This document shows positions 1 through 11,635 of a stretch of DNA of 64,000 bases, one piece after another. The translations under genes were made by a program, and so were the position numbers. The stretch's first letter is position 1, and each line of letters begins with the position of its first letter. Below the pieces are notes generated by a model. It was not told the origin of the DNA. It saw nothing but the letters and a program-made list of their open reading frames with translations, and ran no database searches. Origin of the DNA: Octopus sinensis (lineage: Eukaryota). The DNA lies in NCBI RefSeq assembly GCF_006345805.1, contig NC_043014.1, positions 16,430,001 to 16,494,000 of the forward strand. Reading direction: 5' to 3'.

Positions 1-43
1 TCTTTGATGTTTCCAAAGTTCTGCTGTGGCCATCTCCTTCAAT
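1..43 (-). CDS. Candidate internal exon (start only) of the unidentified minus-strand gene; runs off the window
   Basis: Minus strand reads ttttgttattccag|a ttg aag gag atg gcc aca gca gaa ctt tgg aaa cat caa aga (LKEMATAELWKHQR). The phase-2 start matches the phase-2 end of the 6533-7259 exon. Confidence 0.4.
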   Translation of the reverse strand, partial: MEGDGHSRTLETSK

Positions 44-940
44 CTGGAATAACAAAAGTTGGCTTGTTAGGTGTACGATAATAAGACAGAACACAAAATT
101 TATTCAGCTGTGACATGCAAAAAGAAAAAAAAAAAAAGAGATGTTTAATGGTTTTGCTGTGATTAGCACAAATTGTATTCCATAAAAAGCTTCCAAACCT
201 CACAGCTACATTCTGCAAACTCAGCAACCAAGACAAGCAGTGTTTATAGCAGGATGTTTCCAAATTGCTGTTACAGCTGCCTTCTTCAATCTGGAACAAC
301 AAAAGTTGGCAGGTCAGCTTTATTAAATGTACGATAATGAAATTCCAATAATTTAGGACAGTTAGAATGCAAAACTCCATTGTGTGGTGACCTTCCAAAT
401 TCTCTTCACATCCTGATTTCATTCTACAAACCAGTCAACTGTAACAAACAGTGTTTTGTAGGATGGGTTCAAAGTGCTCTAATAGCTGTCTCCTTTAACC
501 CTTTCGTTACCAACCCGGCTGAAACCGGCTCTGGCTCTGAGTACAAATTTCTTGTTTCCATAAGTTTTGAATTAAAATCTTCTATCAAACCTCAGTCACA
601 ATTTATGTTCCTAACAGTAGCTGAATGATAACTAAGTTATTTTGCTAAATTCTTTGTTATATTTAGAATAATTGAAAGAAACACAGAGCATCTCAAAATA
701 AATACAGTAATGAAAGGGCTAATATGGAACAACAAAAGTTGGCAGGTCAGCTTATTAGATGTATGATAATGAAATACTGAAATTACAATAATTTAGGACA
801 GTTACAAGCAAGCTTCCTACTTGTCTTCACATCACAATTACATTCTACAGATTGGTTAACTGTAACAAAGTGTTTCAGTTGGGTCTGTCAGAAAGTTGTT
901 TCAGCCATCTGGAACAACAAAAGTTGGCAGGTCAGCCTAT
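44..940 (-). repeat. Four diverged copies of a 3' splice-site cassette (branch point, pyrimidine tract, CAG)
   Basis: Plus-strand ctggaa(c/t)aacaaaagttggc(aggtcag) occurs at about 44, 291, 724 and 909. On the minus strand it reads ctgacctgccaacttttgttgttccag; the copy at 44 lacks the ctgac part. Confidence 0.7.
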
Positions 941-1239
941 TAGCTGTGTAGTAAAATGACTAAGGTCAGTTATAAAAGTCCCCAAACTTCTGCAAACTAC
1001 CATGGGCAGGCATTCTACTATACTTTAGACCTCAAGTGGCCTGAACTATTTACATGAACACCACCCTGTACATAACTCCATGTCCCCCTACATGGCCTTG
1101 CTTTTTGCTTTTCGAGCCAAAAAATTAACTAACTAACTAGATCTAATGTATGGTATAGCTGTGATTAATATTACTGGTTATAGTTGTTGTTGTTGTTGTT
1201 GCTGATATCTAGATATTTGAGAACAATAAGCAGTCTTAG

Positions 1240-1420
1240 GTAAAATGCTTAGAAGTATTTTGCCTGTCTCTACGTTCTAAGTTCAAACTCTGCTGAGGTC
1301 ATCTTTGCCTTTCATCCTTTCAGGTTTGATAAATTTAAGTACCAGTGAAACACTGGGGTCGATGTGATCAATCAGTCCCCTCTCCCAAAATTTCAGGCCT
1401 TGTGCCTACAGTAGAAAGGA
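1240..1420 (+). mobile_element. SINE family B (tRNA-derived), degenerate copy
   Basis: gttcaaactc B-box-like motif, ctttgcctttcatcctttc core and aagtaccag...ggggtcgatgt, as in the intact copy at 55781. Confidence 0.7.
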
Positions 1421-1421
1421 T

Positions 1422-1800
1422 TACTCTTTTACTCTTTTACTTGTTTCAGTCATTTGACTGCGGCCATGCTGGAGCACCGCCTTTAGTCGAGCAAATCGAC
1501 CCCGGGACTTATTCTTTGTAAGCCCAGTACTTATTCTATCGGTCTCTTTTGCTGAACCGCGAAGTGACGGCGACGTAAACACACCAGCATCGGTTGTCAA
1601 GCAATGCTAGGGGGACAAACACATAAACGCATATATACGACGGGCTTCTTTCAGTTTCCGTCTACCAAATCCACTCACAAGGCATTGGTCGGCCCGAGGC
1701 TATAGCAGAAGACACTTGCCCAAGATGCCACGCAGTGGGACTGAACCCAGAACCATGTGGTTGGTTAGCAAGCTACTTACCACACAGCCACTCCTGTGCC
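1422..1800 (-). mobile_element. SINE family A (tRNA-derived), near full length
   Basis: Reverse complement of the 18845 copy: A box tggctgtgtgg, B box gggttcagtccc, 3' tail gtcaaatgactgaaacaag(taaaagag)n. Confidence 0.85.
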
Positions 1801-1951
1801 TATAGTTATTATTATTTTTATTTTTAAGCTGTATCTGCATCTATAGTTTGTTATTGGTGTTTTTTGTTTTAATTTTTGCTTTTAAATGATTTCTTTTTGT
1901 CCTTCATCAGCTAAAATATCTAATCATTCCTCCTTTTTCTATTCTTTCCAG

Positions 1952-3904
1952 GTAATGGAGGCTGGCAAGACGACCCTACCCAAGTGGTTGTATTTCGACG
2001 TTGAGACTCGTACCTTCTCTGGAGTCCCGAAACCAGCAGACATCGCCCAGTATTACATCGAGGTTGTGGCGCAGGCTGAGGACCAAGGAGCTGTTAGTCA
2101 GTTCGCCAAAGATGTCTTCTCGATTCATGTGACCAAAGAAAGCTCGAAACCCGCCACAATGGCGGCAGCAGCAACAGCAATCAGTGGTTCATCATCAAAG
2201 AAGAACAGCAAAGGTTCAAATTTTCCACCAGTCATCCGATGCATGACCCAGGAGCCAGAGACTGCATTTACGCTAATTGTTGATGCAGACCTTGATCAAC
2301 TTCCTCCCCACGGCATTGTGGGACTGTTAAAGAAACTGGAGCACAATCTGGAGCTTGTGTCTGAGATGTTTAAGGTCGGTCCTGCCACCACTGGCAACAG
2401 GCCCATCCCTCCTGTCCATGCAGTCACCCCAGACACATCGTCCTCATCTACCCTTGTATCAGGGCCCGGTGACACAAAAATCGCAAAACACCCCGGGGTG
2501 CTTGTCACATGGCTGGTTGGTTGTGGCCGAGTGGAGCTGCAGCACATGAACGTTCTACAGAGGGTGGAATCAATTTCAGCAAATGGCACCTTGTCCGGGC
2601 TCCTCGGTCATGGAGTTGTAGGGTGGCATGTGACAAACAGACAAGTAACCCTGCCTGAGAAGAGGGTAAGGCGTGCAGCCATCATGGCCACACCGGCTGT
2701 CACTGACATTGCACCGACGCGCACCCACCTGCATTCACACAAGACCCACCACCGACATACAGATGGAATGGCCATCAGCATGCCCGAATATTGCAGTCGC
2801 GCAAGAAAGCTAAAACCACGAATAGCACACAGGATTCCTGTACAGGAATTCGAGGCCGGGAAGCGAGCCTACTTCTCTGTGCCATCTGACACGTTCATTG
2901 ACTGCAAGGATCCCAGCGACCGCTTGACGCTGGCATTTTTCCTTAAGCAACTCCCTCCCAACATTTGGCTGCAGCGAGACCCGGCCAATAACAAGAGTAT
3001 AATTGGGCTGCCAATGGAAAGCAATGTGGGCATCCTCAACGTGACAGTGGTGGCGATAAACAGTGATGGAATGTTCAACAACATGGACTTCCTCGTGAAG
3101 GTTCTGAAGAACAAGAACCTCAAGAGCAACAAGGTAACCCACAAGATCAAGATGAAGTTCAGTATGGAGTACAAGAAGTTCATGTCAAACCTCGACTCGA
3201 GGCTCGATCTCATTGACAAGATCGGCAAATTGTACGGAGACGCAGATGCGAGCAGCGTCACAGTGCTCGAAATAACAGAGGGGTCCGTGGAGGTGTCGTG
3301 GACAAACAACACTCTCGTCGGCACAAAATGCCCCGATGATGCTACCAAAGCCCTTTTTGAACGCCTAGTTGATGACAAAAAGCGGGTGAAACGTTCAGCA
3401 AGGAAAGCAATGAAACCTTTCAAGCTGCAATCGGCCCAAATAATCCCGATGGGAGCTTGTGCTGGGGTCTATATCAACCCAATGCCGAGCACCACAATGG
3501 TAGCATCAACAACACCAGAACTCAATATCAACCCAATGCCGAGCACCACAATGGCAGCAGCAACAACACCAGAACTCAATATCAACCCAATGCCGAGCAC
3601 CACAATGGTAGCATCAACAACACCAGAACTCAATATCAACCCAATGCCGAGTACCACAATGGCAGCAACAACAACACCAGAACTCAAGAAACCACAGTCT
3701 GATGATGAGAACGATATTCCTATTTCAACCATTGTCCTTGATATCACCATCGTGTCCATATTGCTTCTGGCCCTGCTCATTACTTGCATCCGTTACCGAA
3801 AGAATCGGAGAGGAATGATGTCGCTCTCGTCTGCCGGCGAGGGCACCCAGTCGACCCCGACCCAGACCGAAGAAGAGGTGGGCCTTGCAGCGACGGTGGA
3901 GTAA
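1952..3904 (+). CDS. DAG1: Dystroglycan-like protein, large terminal coding exon (ectodomain and TM intact, cytoplasmic tail truncated)
   Basis: Acceptor tctattctttccag| at 1951 gives VMEAGKTTLPKWL, matching the start of the DAG1 large exon (VSAAGKEALPSWL). Present: cadherin-like domain, paired N-terminal Cys, furin site RVRR (2663-2674), second cadherin-like domain, SEA domain with EG/SVEVSWTNNTL cleavage site (3281-3286), two beta-ectodomain Cys, TM followed by RYRKNRRG. The upstream signal-peptide exon is not seen in the window. Confidence 0.88.
   Translation, partial: VMEAGKTTLPKWLYFDVETRTFSGVPKPADIAQYYIEVVAQAEDQGAVSQFAKDVFSIHVTKESSKPATMAAAATAISGSSSKKNSKGSNFPPVIRCMTQEPETAFTLIVDADLDQLPPHGIVGLLKKLEHNLELVSEMFKVGPATTGNRPIPPVHAVTPDTSSSSTLVSGPGDTKIAKHPGVLVTWLVGCGRVELQHMNVLQRVESISANGTLSGLLGHGVVGWHVTNRQVTLPEKRVRRAAIMATPAVTDIAPTRTHLHSHKTHHRHTDGMAISMPEYCSRARKLKPRIAHRIPVQEFEAGKRAYFSVPSDTFIDCKDPSDRLTLAFFLKQLPPNIWLQRDPANNKSIIGLPMESNVGILNVTVVAINSDGMFNNMDFLVKVLKNKNLKSNKVTHKIKMKFSMEYKKFMSNLDSRLDLIDKIGKLYGDADASSVTVLEITEGSVEVSWTNNTLVGTKCPDDATKALFERLVDDKKRVKRSARKAMKPFKLQSAQIIPMGACAGVYINPMPSTTMVASTTPELNINPMPSTTMAAATTPELNINPMPSTTMVASTTPELNINPMPSTTMAATTTPELKKPQSDDENDIPISTIVLDITIVSILLLALLITCIRYRKNRRGMMSLSSAGEGTQSTPTQTEEEVGLAATVE
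3471..3686 (+). repeat. In-frame 54-bp x4 tandem repeat encoding (INPMPSTTMxAxTTPELN)4
   Basis: Exact period of 54 (3471, 3525, 3579, 3633); units alternate VAS and AA(A/T). Confidence 0.97.
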
Positions 3905-4032
3905 ACGAACCCATACTCGGCTCGCAACCGTATGAGCCACCACCTCCTGTCACTGCGTCGCAGGGCAAGAAACAGCCGCGCCCCCACGTGCAACCCCCCT
4001 AAAGATCACCTCCTCCATATGTGCCTCCATAA
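3895..4032 (+). pseudogene. DAG1: Stranded dystroglycan C-terminal tail (out of frame, with an in-frame TAA)
   Basis: A different frame reads PYEPPPPVTASQGKKQPRPHVQPP*RSPPPYVPP*. TAA at 4000-4002 sits where the canonical tail (…PYRSPPPYVPP) has Tyr; the final stop is at 4030-4032. Confidence 0.9.
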
Positions 4033-4338
4033 GTTCATTGCTGAAGTGTAATTATATATATAACTGTATGTATATATATATGTATGTATACTTATACATA
4101 TATAACGTATGTGTGTGTGTGTATATATTATATACACTTGTGTTCTATTCACTCTATATTTATTTATATACATGAATATATATGTATATATATATTTATA
4201 TATATATCACAAATATATATTATATGTATATATATATACACACACACATATACATATGTATATACATACATATATCACACATTTGTAATATGCGTGTGTA
4301 TACACGCATATTTACACACTAAACACGCATACATTATG

Positions 4339-4375
<37 letters not shown>

Positions 4376-4604
4376 TTTATGTAAAGCTCTACCACTGTTC
4401 AATCAACCAAAAATACAAACTAATAAACCAAACAAAGGCCCTTTGCCCTGTCCTCCTGCTCCAGAGGCCCCTACCCAATGCTCTCCCCCCTTCTTTATAA
4501 AAACAACAAAAAAAAACATTGACAAAAACAAACAAAAAACATTGACAAAAAATCAAAGCAAAAAAATGAACAATAACATCAACATTTTAGAAATGTAACA
4601 GTTT

Positions 4605-4691
4605 ATACAATTATACAAGATACACATGTATATATATACACACAAACACACATCTACATGTATATATATATCTATATATATATATCTTATG

Positions 4692-4735
<44 letters not shown>

Positions 4736-4882
4736 CTGTGTACATGACTATAAATGTGTGTTGTGTGTGTGTATAGAAGGATATTTGTATATACATGAGA
4801 ACTTTTATGCGTAATATATACATGTGAATATATAGACATATGCAAATATATGTGTGAGTGTTTGTACATATATATATATGTG

Positions 4883-4923
<41 letters not shown>

Positions 4924-6334
4924 TGCCTAATCATTTGATTAGAAAACTTACAGTTCAAAAACAGTAAAGAACTCAATACTATTTTAAAGTGTCTACTGTC
5001 TGTATATATATATGTGTGTGTCTGTGTTTGTCCTCCTAGCATTGCTTGACAACCGATGCTGGTGTGTTTACATGCCCGTCACTTAGTGGTTCGGCAAAAG
5101 AGACCGATAGGATAAGTACTGGGCTTACAAAGAATAAGTCCCGGGGTCAATTTGCTCGACTAAAGGCGGTGCTCCAGCATGGCCGCAGTCAAATGACCGA
5201 AACAATTAAAAGAGTAAAGAGTAAATTGAGCTCAAAATTAGCATGGAATCAGCATATTCTGAATTTTGTTTATTCCCTCTCTCTGTTTTAATGTATAGAG
5301 AGGGAGGTCCAAGTTTTACCTAGTGGATATTCTTGTACATGTAAATTTCATTTTTCTTTGAAGAATATTGGCCAAATTTCACCAATAAAAATCATATTAT
5401 GCAATGGATTTTATTTTGTAGACTATTAAAGTCCGATGTGATGTTTTTTTTCTCCCCAATTTTAAATATAGTCAGATAATCTGTAGTAGTGTTTATATTT
5501 TCACAAGTAGGTCTGATTTGTTTGGGGTTTTTCTCTCACACCTACAAACAAGTTTGCTGCAAGTTACAGATGTTTTTAATGCTAAAAACAAGAAATTAGC
5601 TTTCACATTTTGTTTTTTTTTAATCTAAGTCTACATGCAATTTTGAGAAAAGTAGTAGGTGGTTGTGGGATGTGCTAGGAACAACAGCTAAATCTCCCTT
5701 TAATCACATCCTTTCGTTTGAAAATATTTTCAATCCTCCCCCCACCCCACAAGTCTTCTCCCATTGTTTTTAAAGGCTTAGTTTTAAAAAAAGCCAAAAT
5801 TGGTCCAGGAAGGTGAAGGGGGAGATCATAAATTTTCAAAAGTTTTTTTCATAAAAAGCTTCCCACCATTATTTCCAAGGTTGTGATGAAAAAAAAAAGG
5901 AAAAATCCTCATCAAAATGGAGAAAATCCAACTTATGTGGGCATCCTGATCCAAAACTCTACTGTTTATAGCCATTTTTAATTGTCCATTAAAATTTAAT
6001 TGAAGTAGTATCATGTTCCAAAATCTCGGGATTCATTTAGTTCTATACCTACCACAAATGTGCCCCTTCTGGATTGAACTTTGGGATTTAATAAGGTCTG
6101 AAAACCTCATGAAATCAGCTGGTTGTTACATGCAAAAAAATAGGCTTTACGTAAATATTTTTAAAAACTGCTGAAACAAAAATTTCATTATCAAGAACTA
6201 GCAAATAAAAAGAAAAAAGGCAACTGCTATGCCATGGACACTATTAATTTGTATATGATTATCACCTCAGTTTCAAAGATATGACATTACAAATATGGCT
6301 AATTATTCATTTAGACTTAATTGGGCAAGATTTC
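4605..6334 (+). repeat. Left arm of a large inverted duplication
   Basis: Reverse complement of 7311-9593, e.g. ttgggcaagatttc (ends 6334) vs gaaatcttgcccaa (starts 7311). The MTTDAGVFT ORFs at 5046+ and 8601- are near identical. This arm lacks about 370 bp including the SINE head. Confidence 0.95.
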
Positions 6335-6532
6335 AACCAATTTGACATATTTCCTCAAATATTCATCTAAATTTCACAAATGTTTCTTTGGATGTTCTCC
6401 AAAGAAAGGTACGGTGGAAGTTAGATTTACATATTTTCAAAAATTCATAGTGATGCCTACTACAAAAGTTAGGAAACAATTTTGTTAAAGCAAGTCAAAG
6501 CACAATAATACAAATATAAAAGCAGGACTCAC

Positions 6533-7259
6533 ATTTTTATAGCAGTATCCATTCTACCTAAATTTTCTTTGGGATAATCTGTCAATTTACTTCCATCAGC
6601 ATCTCCAAGTCCAACATTATGTCCCTGTCTCGCCATCATGTTTTCTGTTGATGGTGAAGAGACCATCATGGAGGGTGATGACACCAACATTTTATTTGAT
6701 AAAGCCACATCTTCTGGTGACATACGTGAGTCTTTTGGATAGAACAATTCATTGGAGATAGAATCCACTATTCCATTTTGATTCAGTACCTGACTTTCTA
6801 AAGAGCGTGACAACATCTTATCATAGGATCCAACAAAAGCATCTTTATATATTAAATTGTCATTCTGGTTTGACCCCTTTCCTGACGAATCTTGATTTTC
6901 ATATTTAATCATCTGAGGATCAATAAGGCTAGATGTGAGTGAATATTGCTTAGCATTCGGTAAAAGAGCTTTATTTGACTCTTCATCAAGGTCCATCATT
7001 TTCTGATTATGGTTATCTGATGGCAGAGAGTGTCTTCTGTCTATAAGTGTTTCATAATTAGGCCGGTTAGTCAATACTTGATGGTTGTCACTGTTAACTG
7101 AATGCACCTGATCAGAACCTGATTCATATGTAGCACGAACAGAACCTAGGTACTGGTGGTGTTGAGCATTATCTGTAAGAGAGTGATGCTTACGGTCCTG
7201 CACCCCATCATTGTAACTAGAATGGTTATCTAACAACTGATGTCCCGAGGGTTGGTGAT
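6533..7259 (-). CDS. Internal coding exon (727 bp, phase 1 to 2) of an unidentified minus-strand gene; low-complexity S/N/D/Q/H-rich peptide
   Basis: A stop-free 251-codon frame in very AT-rich DNA, bounded by acceptor atattgatag|atcacc (7260) and donor aaaaat|gtgagt (6532). Confidence 0.75.
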
Positions 7260-7310
7260 CTATCAATATTATAATTATGAACATTATTATTATTACGCTT
7301 TTTTTTTAAA

Positions 7311-9593
<2,283 letters not shown>

Positions 9594-10059
9594 GGACTTA
9601 TCCCCATTGACTTTTTTATCCAAATAAAGCAAAAAAAAAAAAGTTCTCTTAATGGCTTTCATTCTCAACACAAATCGAGTTATAGGGCTCTAGTACAGTC
9701 GAAAACAAAAAAATGGGACAAACTGTGAATGGGTGGAAATATGAGTGTGATGGAGGGAATCTGACATGATAAGTAAGTGTTGGATTTTAATCAAAAGTAT
9801 AAGAGAAGAAAGTTCACATCTATAACTTTCAAGTAATATATAATTGTCTGTGGAAAGAATGCATTTTGATGTGAAAATAGTCAAGCAAAAAGTGGGCTTT
9901 TGCTTGGTCAAATTATGCTTGTCTCCCTTTTATGAAGCCCTTTAGTGATACCTATTTATTGACAGAAGTATTGAACGTGAGCTTAGTTATGCAATATCCG
10001 AAACAGAAAAGACCGATAAAAGAAGCTCACTTTTTTGTGTACTTTTGTAAATAGTAGGG

Positions 10060-10318
10060 TACTGCCAGTCTCGCCTGGCCCCTGTGCTGGTGGCACGTAA
10101 AGAGCACCATCCGACCGTGGTCGTTTGCCAGCCCCGTCTGGCACGTAAAAAGCACCCACTACACTCATGGAGTGGTTGGCGTTAGGAAGGGCATCCAGCC
10201 ATAGAAACATTGCCAGATCAGACTGGGCCTGGTGCAGCCTTCTGGCTTCCCAGACCCCAGTTGAACCGTCCAACACATGCTAGCATGGAAAACGGACGCT
10301 AAATGATGATGATGATGT
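10060..10318 (+). mobile_element. RTE-type 3' end repeat (family C)
   Basis: ggttggcgttaggaagggcatccagc core and aaacggacgctaaat(gat)n tail, the same family as 39500, 57100 and 59440. Confidence 0.75.
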
Positions 10319-10590
10319 ATATATATATATATATATATATGTCTGTATATATGCATATGTGTGTGTGTATTATGTATATATGTATGTATACATATATATG
10401 TATATATATATATGAATGTATATATATATATATATGTATATATATGTGTGTGTATACATATATATATATGTATGTATATATATGTGTATGTATATATATA
10501 TGTATAAATAAATGTGTGTATATATATATGTATAAATAAATGTATGTATATATCTATATGTGTAAATAAATGTATGTATATATGTATGTG

Positions 10591-10621
<31 letters not shown>

Positions 10622-10925
10622 GTATGTATATATATATATATGTATATATATATGTATGTATATATATATGTATATATATATATGTATGTATATATGTATA
10701 TATATGTATGTATATATATATATGTATATATATATGTATATATATGTATATATATATATGTATATATATATATGTATGTATATATGTATATATATATATG
10801 TATGTATATATATATATGTATGTATATATATATGTATGTATATATATATGTATGTATATATGTATGTATATGTATATATATATGTATGTATATATGTATG
10901 TATGTATATGTATGTACATATGTAT
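10318..10925. repeat. (TA)n/(TATG)n compound microsatellite
   Basis: Direct inspection. Similar tracts lie at about 4060-4370, 9070-9350, 11145-11375, 14726-15446, 16620-17340, 21085-21545 and 22010-22243. Confidence 0.98.
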
Positions 10926-11026
10926 ATAACGGGAAGCTTTATGAAAATAAACAAAAGACGAAGGCAGGTGGAAAACAAACGAACAATTGTATTAGTATGG
11001 CGCTCAGGAAATATAAATAAAACAAG

Positions 11027-11064
11027 TCTTTAACGTTTCGAGCCTACGCTCTTCAACAGAAAGA
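11027..11064 (-). ncRNA. Minimal type-I hammerhead-like motif (family H2) in a short Penelope-like repeat (about 10926-11130)
   Basis: Minus strand: TCTTT-CTGTTGA-A-GAGC(GTAG)GCTC-GAAAC-GT-T-AAAGA, giving stem I, core, stem II, palindromic stem III and a GUU site. Confidence 0.6.
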
Positions 11065-11265
11065 TACAGAGAGAGAGAAAAACACAGAAAGAAGGGGAGA
11101 AAAAAAATACGTGCAGTAGCTAACGAATCAACATGGCGATCTGTATATATGTATATATATGTATGTATGTATATATATATGTATGTATATATGTATGTAT
11201 ATATATATGTATGTATATATATATGTATGTATATATATGTATATATATATGTATATATATATATG

Positions 11266-11297
<32 letters not shown>

Positions 11298-11303
11298 CGT
11301 ATG

Positions 11304-11343
<40 letters not shown>

Positions 11344-11635
11344 TGTTTGTTTATATATGTATGTATATATATTTATAGATCAATAAATGGTGGGGTTGTG
11401 TTGACCGCACGTGGAGAAATGATAAGCAAGGAAAAATTGTAAAAATGTAGAATGCTCAAATGAAAGAAAATTTTAATGAAATGAGAAATTGATAAAATAT
11501 ATAAATATATATTTATTCAAACCAGTTTTCGTCATTGTATGACTTGTCAAGAATATTTAGGTTAAAAAAGTTTTTTAAAAATTAGAAAGGGGAAAAAAGA
11601 AAATTGCATTGTTTTTTGCAAAAGAATAATAATAG

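Noticed and set aside
1886-1951. ORF-track start MISFCPSS… for dystroglycan, and a retrocopy origin
   Set aside because: This stretch is a polypyrimidine tract ending in AG at the conserved DAG1 intron position, so it is intron and the copy is not a processed retrogene.
2296-3968. Antisense and alternative-frame ORFs over the dystroglycan exon
   Set aside because: They are shadows of a GC-richer coding region with no recognisable motifs.
5046-5291. Recurrent MTTDAGVFT / MSSNARGTNTD ORFs
   Set aside because: They are chance frames within SINE A copies.
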